Assembly (NCBI GenBank): GCA_035711385.1
Contig: DASTCG010000026.1
Location: forward strand, 2,133 to 66,132
Source: Gaiellaceae bacterium
GTDB taxonomy: Bacteria > Actinomycetota > Thermoleophilia > Gaiellales > Gaiellaceae
Length of the DNA stretch: 64,000 nucleotides
Direction of reading: 5' to 3'
Shown here: in pieces, positions 27,034 to 35,500 of the stretch
How the letters are laid out: the number at the start of each line of letters is the position of its first letter
Numbering within the stretch: the first letter of the stretch is position 1
Translations under genes and position numbers: made by a program
Notes under the pieces: model-generated
What the model was told of the DNA's origin: nothing
The model's input: only the letters and a program-made list of their open reading frames with translations
Database searches by the model: none

Positions 27034-27492
27034 CTAGGCGGCGGCGGCTTCGTCCGGGGCGTCGGCCGGCGCCTCGTCGCCGCCGTCGATCTCCTCGGTC
27101 GCCGCCAGCGCCGCCCGAAGCCCCTCGCGGAGGCGCCTGACCTCGGTCAGCAGCCGCTCGCGCTCCGCCGCGGCGGCGAAGGTGATGCGACGGGCCTCGG
27201 CGTGCGCCTCGGCGACGACGAGCTCCGCGTTCCGTCGCGCCTGGTCGCGCTGCTCCTCGGCGGCGGCCTCGGCGGAGACCAGCGTCTTCCGGAGCAGCGA
27301 CTCGAGCTCGCGATGCCGCCGGAGCTCCTCCTCGAGGTGCTCGACCCGGTCGGCCAGCTCGGCGCGGCCCCGCCAGACGTCCTCGTAGCTGTCGGCGATC
27401 TCGTCGAGCAGCAGCTCGACGGCGGCGCGCCGGTAGCCCCACGGCCCGCGCGGGATCGGGATGTGCCGGATCTCTGTCGGTGCCAGTCCCAT
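27034..27492 (-). CDS. divIVA: DivIVA-domain cell-division/polarity protein
   Basis: N-terminal LAPTEIRH....RGYRRAAVELLLDEI DivIVA motif followed by a long coiled coil. Confidence 0.8.
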   Translation of the reverse strand: MGLAPTEIRHIPIPRGPWGYRRAAVELLLDEIADSYEDVWRGRAELADRVEHLEEELRRHRELESLLRKTLVSAEAAAEEQRDQARRNAELVVAEAHAEARRITFAAAAERERLLTEVRRLREGLRAALAATEEIDGGDEAPADAPDEAAAA

Positions 27493-27502
27493 CTCTCACC
27501 AC

Positions 27503-27817
27503 CTATCCGAATTCGCCCAGGATGCGGATGACGAGACCGCTGACGATCCACAGCACGAAGATGGCCACGATCGGAGAGATGTCCAGCGGCCCGAGCGGCG
27601 GGATGAAGCGTCGGAAGATCCGCAGATAGGGCTCCACGACGTCGTACAGGAAGCGTTGGATCCGGTTCAGCCAGATCGAGTACGGCAGGCGCACCCAGGA
27701 CATGAGGATGTACGCGAAGATCAGGAGGAAGTAGACGAGCGTGAAGACCTGCACGAAGTTCTGGGCGGCGTCCACCCAGTCGGCGAGCAGCATCGCGACA
27801 GCGCTCACTGCACCCAT
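27503..27817 (-). CDS. yggT: YggT-family membrane protein
   Basis: 104 aa with a two-TM YGGT repeat pattern (ILMSWV ... PPLGPLDISPIVA). Confidence 0.85.
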   Translation of the reverse strand: MGAVSAVAMLLADWVDAAQNFVQVFTLVYFLLIFAYILMSWVRLPYSIWLNRIQRFLYDVVEPYLRIFRRFIPPLGPLDISPIVAIFVLWIVSGLVIRILGEFG

Positions 27818-27832
27818 GCAGCGCAGTTCGTT

Positions 27833-29803
27833 CTAACCCCTCGGTTCCCTCCGCTGCGAGGGATCGAGCGCAGCGGGCAGCGGGCGGTCGTGGACGACCG
27901 CGAGCGTCCTCGTGGGGCGGGTGAGCGCCACGTACAGCTCACGGAGGCCCTGACCGCCGAGCGCCTCCTCGACGATCGAGGCCGGTTCGACGACGACGAC
28001 GTGGTCGAACTCCATGCCCTTCGCCTCGCGCGGCGTCAGCAGCGGGATGCGAGTCTCGTCGAAGAGCGAGGGCGTCTCGCCGCCGCGCAGCGACGCCGGG
28101 ACGATGAGCGCGAGCAGCCCCTCCTCTCCCGCCAGCCTGGCGGCCTCCTCGAGGGCCAGGGAGAACACGGGCTCTCCGTGGAGGATCCGCGGCGGCTCGG
28201 CCCCCACTCGATACGCCACCGGCGGCTCCGTGTCCGGTGCGATCTGCTCGAGCAGGGGGAGGGCGAGCGCCATGATCTCGCGCGGTACGCGGTAGGCGTG
28301 GCGAAGCTCCTCGGTCGCGGCGTCGCCTCCGCCCGGGAGGTGCGGCAGCAGCTCGCTCCAGGCGTCGTAGGGGACCGGACCGGTTGCCTGCGCGATGTCC
28401 CCGAGGACCGTGAACGAGCCGACGGCGCGGCGGCCGATCATCCGGAGCTGCATCGGGGTGAGGTCCTGCGCCTCGTCCACGATCACGTGTCCGTACGCCT
28501 GCGGCGGGCCGTGGAGGAGCGCCCGCGCCTCGTCGACGAGCGGGAGGTCGGCCTCGCTCCAGCCGCGCCGGGAGCGTGCCAGTAGCGCCTGCTCGTCGGG
28601 CTCGAGCACGCCTTCTGAGAGGGCGGCGAGGCGTTCCCGCGATGCGAGTACCTGGCGGACGACCTGCTCCGGCCTGGGCGCCGGCCAGACGCGGTCGAGG
28701 AACCGGTTCAGCGTTCCTCCTCTCCTGAGTGCCCGTTCGACGTCGTCGGCGGCCAGGAACGCGCTTCCCCCGAGGCGCTCGCCGTAGCGCTGGTAGAACC
28801 GGCGGAGGAGGCCCATGCGGAAGTGCTCGCGTGCGGCCGTCGACAGGCCGCGCTCCTCGCGCGCGTCGGCGACGAGCGCCGCGATCTCCTCCTCCCTGAG
28901 CCGGATGAGCACGCCGCCGAGACGGAGTGCGAGCTCCTCCGGCCGCGGTTCGACCCGCGCCTCGGCCGCGCGGCGGACGACCTCTGCGATCCGGACGTCC
29001 GCCTTGAGCCGTTGCACCTCCAGCGGATCGGAGCGGGTCACCTCGACGCCGTCGACGAGCTCGCCCACCGCGCGCTGCTCCACGCTCTCCTCGCCGAGCG
29101 CGGGCAGGACGTGCGAGACGTAGTCCATGAACGTCGGGTTCGGCCCGACGACGAGCACACGCCGCAGCTCCTCCTGGTGCGTGTAGAGCAGGAACGAGGC
29201 GCGGTGCAGCCCGACGGCGGTCTTGCCCGTTCCCGGGCCGCCCTGGATGACGAGCGGAGGACGCGGGTCGCGCGCGATCAGCCCGTACTGGTCGGCCTGG
29301 ATCGTCGCGACGATGTCCCGCATCCTTGCTTCCCGGGCCCGTTCGAGCTCCTCCAGGAGGAAGTCGTCGACCGAGGCGACGGCGTCGGCGATCGAGCCGT
29401 CCAGGGCCTCGTCGCTCACGTCCAGCAGCATTCGGCCCCGCGTCCGGAAGCGGCGGCGGCGGGTGACTCCGTGCGGCTGGGCAGGCGTCGCCGTGTAGAA
29501 GGGGCGGGCCGCCGGCGCCTGCCAGTTCACGACGACGGGCTCGCCGCCCTCGTCGTGTACCCAGCGGCGGCCGACGTACGTCGGGTCGATCGTCGTCTCG
29601 ACGTCGATCCGGCCGAAGCAGAGGCTCTGCTCGGCGTCGGCGAACGTCTGCAGGCGGCGAACGTTCCAGGCGTCGAGCGCCTCGCCGGCAACGTCGTCGA
29701 GCGCGGCGTCACCGGAGCGCACGAGCGCCTCGCGCATCCGGTCGAGGCACGCGTACGCGTGGTCGAGATATTCCTGCTCAGCGGCGACTTCGGGGTGGGC
29801 CAC
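27833..29803 (-). CDS. helD: HelD-like (helicase IV / UvrD-family) RNA-polymerase-associated ATPase (656 aa)
   Basis: N-terminus AAEQEYLDHAYACLDRMRE (HelD-type), Walker A GGPGTGKTAVGLHR, VIVDEAQD, C-terminal 2A motifs. Start at GTG 29803. The ORF extension to 29965 runs through the sepF terminator. Confidence 0.8.
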   Translation of the reverse strand: MAHPEVAAEQEYLDHAYACLDRMREALVRSGDAALDDVAGEALDAWNVRRLQTFADAEQSLCFGRIDVETTIDPTYVGRRWVHDEGGEPVVVNWQAPAARPFYTATPAQPHGVTRRRRFRTRGRMLLDVSDEALDGSIADAVASVDDFLLEELERAREARMRDIVATIQADQYGLIARDPRPPLVIQGGPGTGKTAVGLHRASFLLYTHQEELRRVLVVGPNPTFMDYVSHVLPALGEESVEQRAVGELVDGVEVTRSDPLEVQRLKADVRIAEVVRRAAEARVEPRPEELALRLGGVLIRLREEEIAALVADAREERGLSTAAREHFRMGLLRRFYQRYGERLGGSAFLAADDVERALRRGGTLNRFLDRVWPAPRPEQVVRQVLASRERLAALSEGVLEPDEQALLARSRRGWSEADLPLVDEARALLHGPPQAYGHVIVDEAQDLTPMQLRMIGRRAVGSFTVLGDIAQATGPVPYDAWSELLPHLPGGGDAATEELRHAYRVPREIMALALPLLEQIAPDTEPPVAYRVGAEPPRILHGEPVFSLALEEAARLAGEEGLLALIVPASLRGGETPSLFDETRIPLLTPREAKGMEFDHVVVVEPASIVEEALGGQGLRELYVALTRPTRTLAVVHDRPLPAALDPSQRREPRG

Positions 29804-29947
29804 GACGTCCGAGCGTACTCGGAGACCCGGGCCCCTGCTGGCAGGCGACACGCAGGTCAGAGCCTGGAACCCCCGAGCGCTTCTCGGCCGCGCGCCGCGA
29901 CAGCGGCGCCCACCCTCGCGGGTCTGGAGTGGCCGAAAGTCGTGAGA

Positions 29948-29981
29948 CTTTTCGGCGAAAACCAAGCCGTCAGGCTTGGTT
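29948..29981 (-). terminator. intrinsic terminator of sepF
   Basis: Stem AACCAAGCC (29960-29968) / GGCTTGGTT (29973-29981) with the sepF stop codon in the loop. On the minus strand it is followed by UUUUCGCCGAAAA. Confidence 0.6.
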
Positions 29982-30527
29982 GAAGAAGCCGCCGCGCTCG
30001 AGGAGCTGGGCGCGCTGCTCGGCGCTCACCTCGACGTTCGCAGGCGTGAGCAGGAAGACCTTGTCGGCGATTCGCTGCATCCCGCCGTCGAGCGCGTACG
30101 TCAAACCACTGGCGAAGTCGATCAGGCGCTTGGAGAGCTCCGCGTCCACGCCCTGGAGGTTGAGGATCACCGGCGTGTAGTCCTTGAACCGGTCGGCGAT
30201 CGTCTTCGCGTCCTGGAAGGTGTGCGGGACGACCAGGTGCACCTTGACCGAGGGGCTGGGCGCCGCCGGGACGGGCGCGAGCTCCGGCCGCTGCCGGGAC
30301 CGGATCGACGCGGTACGCGTGGGCGGCGCCGGCTCCGGGTCGGTCCAGTCGTCGAACTCCTTGCTGGAGCGCCTCCGCGGCGCCAGGCGGCGGACGTTCG
30401 GTCGCTCCGAGTACGTCCGTTCGAGCTCCTCGTTCGTCACGTACCCGTCCTCGTCCCAGTCGTCGTCGTCCTCCTCGGCGATGCCGAAGTAGACGAGCGT
30501 TCGGTTCCAGACGTCGGAAAAGGCCAC
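29970..30527 (-). CDS. sepF: cell division protein SepF
   Basis: N-terminal membrane-targeting MAFSDVWNRTLVYFG and a C-terminal SepF core (PHTFQDAKTIADRFKDYTPVILNL...RLIDFASG). Confidence 0.9.
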   Translation of the reverse strand: MAFSDVWNRTLVYFGIAEEDDDDWDEDGYVTNEELERTYSERPNVRRLAPRRRSSKEFDDWTDPEPAPPTRTASIRSRQRPELAPVPAAPSPSVKVHLVVPHTFQDAKTIADRFKDYTPVILNLQGVDAELSKRLIDFASGLTYALDGGMQRIADKVFLLTPANVEVSAEQRAQLLERGGFFNQA

Positions 30528-30556
30528 CGAGCAGGGGATATTAGCCCCGATGGCGG

Positions 30557-31150
30557 CTAGTGCCAGAGGACGGAGCCGACGCGCACGAACGTCGCCCCCT
30601 CCTCCGCGGCGACGCGGTAGTCCTGGCTCGTCCCCATCGAGAGCTCGGCCAGGCCGAGCCGCTCGGCGAGCTCGCGGAGCCGCCGGAAGTACGGCCGCGA
30701 CGCCTCCGGGTCCTCGGTGAACGGGGGCATCGCCGCGAGCCCGCGCACCTCGACCGGGCAGCGCTCGAGAAACGCCTCGAGGTCCTGGGGCGCGATCCCC
30801 GACTTCGTCTCCTCCCCCGCGAGGTTGACCTGGACGAGCGCGGGGATCGTGAGGCGCCTGGCGGCCGAATCGGAGTCGAGCGAGTGGACGAGCTCGCAGA
30901 GCGCGCTCACCTTCGGCGCCTTCCGGCTCTGCAGATGGCCGATGAAATGCCAGCGAAAGCGATCGCCGTAGCGGGCGTGCTTCGCCTCGAGGTCTTGCGC
31001 CCGGTTCTCGCCGACCACCTCCACGCCGGCCTCGGCCAGCGCCGCCATGTCCTCGACCGACACGTACTTCGTGGCCGCGACGACCGTGACCCCCTCCCCG
31101 AGCTCGGACTTGACCCGCTCGTACCGCTCGCGGATCTCGTCAGGCGACAG
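30557..31150 (-). CDS. yggS: YggS-family pyridoxal-phosphate homeostasis protein (start inferred at CTG 31150)
   Basis: FGENR-type motif (VVGENRAQDL), HFIGHLQSRK, and SMGTSQDY. The PLP lysine (VVAATKY, K at 31067-31069) lies upstream of the first canonical start (GTG 31063). The frame is open only back to the stop at 31157-31159. CTG 31150 has AGGGAG 9 nt upstream. Confidence 0.75.
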   Translation of the reverse strand: MSPDEIRERYERVKSELGEGVTVVAATKYVSVEDMAALAEAGVEVVGENRAQDLEAKHARYGDRFRWHFIGHLQSRKAPKVSALCELVHSLDSDSAARRLTIPALVQVNLAGEETKSGIAPQDLEAFLERCPVEVRGLAAMPPFTEDPEASRPYFRRLRELAERLGLAELSMGTSQDYRVAAEEGATFVRVGSVLWH

Positions 31151-31856
31151 CGGCGATCACTCCCTGGCGACCGGTCACGCCCCCGTCTCGCCGATGCGAG
31201 AAGAAGAGCTCCCGGTGGCAGGAGGTGCAGAGATCCGTCCGCTCGACCTCCGAGACGCCCGCGTCCTTCAGCGCCAGCCCCGCGGCCAGCCAGAGGTCGA
31301 GATTCCGGCCGGCGAGGATCTCGGGACCGAACCGGGCGAGGTACGGCTCCGCAACCTCGGGCCCGACCTCGTAGCAGCAGGGGCCGATCCCCGGGCCGAC
31401 CACGGCCTTGAGCCGCCCGCCTCCCAGGGCCGCCACGCCGTTCTCGACGATTCCGGCCAGCAGCCCGCGCCAGCCGACGTGGAGAACGGCGAGCGCCGGG
31501 GCGGCGCCGTTCGTTCGCGCGATCGCCACCGGCAGGCAGTCGGCGGTCAGGAGCAGCATCCCCTGCCCCGGCTCGTCGCTCCACCAGCCGTCGCACGGCG
31601 CGTGGCGGACCCGGGCGAGGATCCCCTCCGGCGCCGCCTCCCTGACGACCGCGCCGTGCTGCTGCCAGGCCATCCGCGCGCGTTCGGGCTCGATTCCGAC
31701 CCGGTCGGCGAGGCGCCGCCGGTTCTCGAACACCCGCTCGGGCTCGTCGTCGGTGAGGACGCCGAGGTTGAGCGACTCGTACGGCCCCTCGCTGACGCCG
31801 CCGACACGAGTCGAGAACGCGACGACGTACGACTCGGAGATCTCCCAGCGGATCAT
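31140..31856 (-). CDS. pgeF: peptidoglycan editing factor PgeF / YfiH (DUF152 laccase-domain) protein
   Basis: FSTRVGGVS...SLNLG, and ADCLP and C.C motifs. ATG 31856 forms an ATGA overlap with the upstream stop. The 364-aa ORF is over-extended. Confidence 0.85.
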   Translation of the reverse strand: MIRWEISESYVVAFSTRVGGVSEGPYESLNLGVLTDDEPERVFENRRRLADRVGIEPERARMAWQQHGAVVREAAPEGILARVRHAPCDGWWSDEPGQGMLLLTADCLPVAIARTNGAAPALAVLHVGWRGLLAGIVENGVAALGGGRLKAVVGPGIGPCCYEVGPEVAEPYLARFGPEILAGRNLDLWLAAGLALKDAGVSEVERTDLCTSCHRELFFSHRRDGGVTGRQGVIAAVA

Positions 31857-34477
31857 GTGGTCGAGATCAGCTCCCGCGCGGCGGCGAGCTCGGACTCGCG
31901 CCCGTCGAGCTGGCCGTTCAGCTTGCGGCGCCGTAGCTCGGCGAGGATCTCCCCCACCTCCGGCGACTCGCCGAGGCCGAGCGCGGCGAGGTCGGAGCCG
32001 CTGACCTCGAGCTGCACGTTCCTGAGGCGCCGGAAGTAGTCGTCCAGTTCGGGCCGCTCCTCGAGCGCCATGGCGAGGAGCGGTGCGTCGGGTGCGTACG
32101 GGTCCGCCGCAGCGACGACGTCGGCCGGCTCGAGCGAGTCGCCGCGGAGCCGCTCGACCAGGCGGGGCGCGACGGTCACGGCCGAGGCGATCCGCTCCCC
32201 GTCGCGCCGCTGCACCTTCAGCCGCTGGAGCCATCCGTACACCTCGTCCGGCGTCATCCGCCGCGCGAGCACCGCGAAGGCGAGCCGCCAGGCCGGGATC
32301 CCGGTGCCGTACTCCTCGTTCAGCTCGCGGAGGCGGCCGAGCAGTCCGACCGCCTCGTCGTCGGCCGCCAGGTGCGGATGGATCGCCGCGCCCGCACCGA
32401 GCTCGGCGAGGCGAAGGATGGACGGGCCGGGATCGCCCTCTTCGAGCAGCGCGACCAGCTCGTCGCGGAGGCGGGCGGACGACAGGTCGCCGACGAGCCC
32501 CATCTCGATCGTCCCACGGGCCAGCCGCTGCGTGTGCTCGTCCATGCGGAAGCCGTAGCGGCTCTCGTACCGGATCGCGCGGAAGATCCGGGTCGGGTCG
32601 TCGATGAACGACAGGTTGTGGAGGATCCGGATCGTCCGCGTCTCCAGGTCGCGGCGCCCGTGGAACGGGTCGACGAGGCGCCCGAAGTCGTCGCCCTTCA
32701 GAGACACCGCCATCGCGTTGATCGTGAAGTCCCGCCGGAAGAGATCCTCCCGGATCGAGGCGTGCTCGACGCTCGGCAGGGCCGCCGGCGCGTCGTAGAA
32801 CTCCGTCCGGGCCGTGACGACGTCGACCCGCTCGCGAGGAGCCGACTCGGCGGCGCCGCCCAAGGCTGTTCCGGCTCCGCCGGAACGGCCGGTTGCTTCA
32901 TCGCCGTAGAGGACGACGGCCGTGCCGAACTTTCGGTGCGCCCGGACTCGCCCGTCGACGGCGTCGGCGAGGGAGCGGGCGAGCTCGATCGCATCACCCT
33001 CCACCGCGATGTCGACGTCGAAGTTCGGCTCGCCCAGGAGGATGTCGCGCACGGTTCCGCCCACGAGATAGACGCCGTCGTACGGCTCGCTGACCGCGGC
33101 GACCGCCTCGAAGATGCGCTGCAGGTGCTCGAGCCGGGCGAGCTCCTCCCGGAGGCTTGCGGCGGGCTCTGCCTCCGCCTCCGGCTGCTCGCCCAGCGCC
33201 CGGAGGACGTCGCTGCGCGTGACGACCCCCACCAGCTTGTCGTGCTCCACGACTGCCAGCCGCCCGTCGGCCGAGCCCGCCAGCGCCTCCTGGACCTCCG
33301 CGAGCGGCGCGTCGGAGGCGACCGTTACGACGCGCGAGCTCATGATCCCCTTCACGGGCGCGTGGGAGAGGCCGTGCGCGATCGCCTTGTCCAGATCCTC
33401 GCGGCCCACCGCGCCGACGAGCTCCCCGCCGTCGACGACGAGGATCCCGCTCTGCTGGTACCGCTGGCAGACCACCATCGCGGCGGCGACGGACTCCTCC
33501 GAGCCGACGGACCTGGCCGGCCGAGACATGACCTGGCGCGCGCGGACCGGCTCGCGAACGGCGTCCGGAAGGCCGCGGCGCAGGATCTCGCGCGCGTCGT
33601 CGAGCGAGCCGCGGAAGATCGCCGACGCGGCCTCGAAATGTCCTCCGCCCCCGAGCAGGGCCGCGATCCCCGCCGCGTCGATCTCCGGGGCCCGGCTCCG
33701 GGTAACCGCGAAGACGCGGTCGTCCATCTCCACGAGCAGGACGAGCGCGCGGCAGTCGGTGAGGTCGACAACCTTGTGCGCGAGGTTCGAGACGCCGTCG
33801 ACGTGGCGGGGCCATGAGACGGCCGAGACGACGACCTCCACGCCGGCGACGCGCTCGGTCTCGACTGCCGCCATGAGCGCGCTCAGGAGATCGCGCTCGT
33901 CCTCCGTCAGCGGCGTGTGGAGGAAGCGCGCGAGGAGGTCCTGGCGTGCGCCGTGGCGCAGGCACCAGGCGAGCGCATCCGCGTCGCGCTGCGTCGCCGT
34001 CGGATAGGTCAGCGACCCGGTGTCCTCGTGGATCCCGAGGGCGAGCGCCGTCGCCTCGATCGGCGTCACGGCGATCTCGCGTTCCGCGAGCACGCCCACG
34101 AGGGTCGTCGTCAGCGCTCCGTCCTGCGAGATGACCGCGTTGCCCGGCTCGACCCACTCCGGGAGCTCGCCGGCATGGTGGTCGAAGACGACCGTCTCCA
34201 CGTCGGGGTCGAGCGCGACCGCCTCGAGCTCGCCGAGCCTCGACGCCGAGATCGTCTCCACGACCACGAGACGCCGGATCGCGCCCAGGTCGAGACGCGA
34301 AGCCTCCACGACGTCCAGCTGGTCGGCGTGGAGGCGGTAGAACTCGCGCACGTTCCGGTTCAGCGTCCCGTGGAGCGCGATGACTGCGTCCGGATACAGC
34401 CGCCGGACGGCGAGCAGGGACGCGAACGCGTCGAAATCCGTGTTCTGGTGGGTGGCGATGACCTCGGGCGCCTTCAC
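31853..34477 (-). CDS. DHH/DHHA1 phosphoesterase - CBS pair - poly(A) polymerase/CCA-adding nucleotidyltransferase fusion protein (874 aa)
   Basis: N-terminus HQNTDFDAFAS (DHH) and GGGH (DHHA1). Two CBS repeats. Then YLVGGTVRDILLG...DVDIAV head domain and a tRNA-NT body. Confidence 0.85.
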   Translation of the reverse strand: MKAPEVIATHQNTDFDAFASLLAVRRLYPDAVIALHGTLNRNVREFYRLHADQLDVVEASRLDLGAIRRLVVVETISASRLGELEAVALDPDVETVVFDHHAGELPEWVEPGNAVISQDGALTTTLVGVLAEREIAVTPIEATALALGIHEDTGSLTYPTATQRDADALAWCLRHGARQDLLARFLHTPLTEDERDLLSALMAAVETERVAGVEVVVSAVSWPRHVDGVSNLAHKVVDLTDCRALVLLVEMDDRVFAVTRSRAPEIDAAGIAALLGGGGHFEAASAIFRGSLDDAREILRRGLPDAVREPVRARQVMSRPARSVGSEESVAAAMVVCQRYQQSGILVVDGGELVGAVGREDLDKAIAHGLSHAPVKGIMSSRVVTVASDAPLAEVQEALAGSADGRLAVVEHDKLVGVVTRSDVLRALGEQPEAEAEPAASLREELARLEHLQRIFEAVAAVSEPYDGVYLVGGTVRDILLGEPNFDVDIAVEGDAIELARSLADAVDGRVRAHRKFGTAVVLYGDEATGRSGGAGTALGGAAESAPRERVDVVTARTEFYDAPAALPSVEHASIREDLFRRDFTINAMAVSLKGDDFGRLVDPFHGRRDLETRTIRILHNLSFIDDPTRIFRAIRYESRYGFRMDEHTQRLARGTIEMGLVGDLSSARLRDELVALLEEGDPGPSILRLAELGAGAAIHPHLAADDEAVGLLGRLRELNEEYGTGIPAWRLAFAVLARRMTPDEVYGWLQRLKVQRRDGERIASAVTVAPRLVERLRGDSLEPADVVAAADPYAPDAPLLAMALEERPELDDYFRRLRNVQLEVSGSDLAALGLGESPEVGEILAELRRRKLNGQLDGRESELAAARELISTT

Positions 34478-34497
34478 ACCCGAATTGTTGCGAAGCG

Positions 34498-34893
34498 CTA
34501 GGCCAGCGCGATCGCTTCGATCTCCACCTTGGCGCCGGACGGGAGCCTGGCCACCTCGACCGTTGACCGAGCCGGCGGCATGTCGCCGATCCGGCGGGCG
34601 TAGACCTCGTTCATGGCCGCGAAGTCGTCGAAGTCGTCGAGGAAGACGGTCGTCTTGACGATCCGGTGGAGGCCGGAACCGGCCGCCTCGAGAATGCTCT
34701 GAAGGTTGTCGAAGGCCTGTTCGGTCTGCTCGGTGATCCCCTCGCCGACGAGCTCGGTATGGTCGGGGTCAAGCCCGACCTGCCCGGCTACGAAGACGAG
34801 CCCGCCGGCGACGATCGCCTGGGAGTACGGTGCGCCCTGGAACGGCGCCGGGGCCCGCTCGGTGCGCACGACCTGCTTCTCCGCCATTGCCAT
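34498..34893 (-). CDS. ridA: RidA-family reactive-intermediate deaminase
   Basis: YjgF/RidA pattern: PYSQA...G.LVFVAGQ..., ARSTVEVARLP..AKVEIEAIA. Confidence 0.9.
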   Translation of the reverse strand: MAMAEKQVVRTERAPAPFQGAPYSQAIVAGGLVFVAGQVGLDPDHTELVGEGITEQTEQAFDNLQSILEAAGSGLHRIVKTTVFLDDFDDFAAMNEVYARRIGDMPPARSTVEVARLPSGAKVEIEAIALA

Positions 34894-34895
34894 CG

Positions 34896-35420
34896 CTACT
34901 CCTTTCGCGGCGCCGCCGCGTGGGCGAGCGCGCCTCCGAGGGCCTTGAAGATCGCCTCCAGCACGTGCTCCGGGTCCTCACCGTGCAGAAGACGAACGTG
35001 CATCGTGAGCCCGGCGCCCTCGGCGAGCTCCCGCAGGAAGCCGGAGACGAGATCTCGCTCGAGCCCGGCGACGTGGGCATTCGAGAGGTCGACGTTGGAG
35101 ACGAGGAGCGGCCGGCCGGATGCCTCGAGCACGACGTTGGCGAGCGCCTCGTCGGCCGGGATCATCGCGTAGCCGTAGCCCGTCGCCTCCTCGGCGCCCA
35201 GAACGTCCCGCAAGGCGGCGCCGAGCGCGTTCCCCGCCGCCGTTGCCACGGCGTCTGGCCCGCCGGGGGCGACCTCGAGCTGGAGGTCGAAGCCGGAGTG
35301 CTCGGCGACGAGGCCGAGCAGGTGGTCGAGCACCGGCAGCCCGGTCGCCACGTTGGCACGGCCGCTTCCGCCCAGCTCGATCCGGGCTGGAAGCGTCCGT
35401 CCCTCCGGGGCACTTTCCAT
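34896..35420 (-). CDS. imidazoleglycerol-phosphate dehydratase-like protein with degenerate metal-binding motifs (174 aa)
   Basis: Aligns by eye to the IGPD fold (TGLPVLDHLL, SGFDL, IPADEALA, SGRP, EAIFKALGGAL). The HHxxED motif is replaced by AVATAAG, and HH by EH. Start at ATG 35420. Confidence 0.7.
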   Translation of the reverse strand: MESAPEGRTLPARIELGGSGRANVATGLPVLDHLLGLVAEHSGFDLQLEVAPGGPDAVATAAGNALGAALRDVLGAEEATGYGYAMIPADEALANVVLEASGRPLLVSNVDLSNAHVAGLERDLVSGFLRELAEGAGLTMHVRLLHGEDPEHVLEAIFKALGGALAHAAAPRKE

Positions 35421-35500
35421 CGCTCGAACGAGGGTATCGCAGCGCCTCCGGCGGGCCGATCTCGACCTGGCGAGCCACCCCTCGGCTCGGAGCGGCCCAC

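Noticed and set aside
29804-29965. N-terminal extension of helD to ATG 29965
   Set aside because: The extension would include the sepF intrinsic terminator hairpin and has poor codon bias. The HelD-type N-terminus (AAEQEY...) begins right after GTG 29803.
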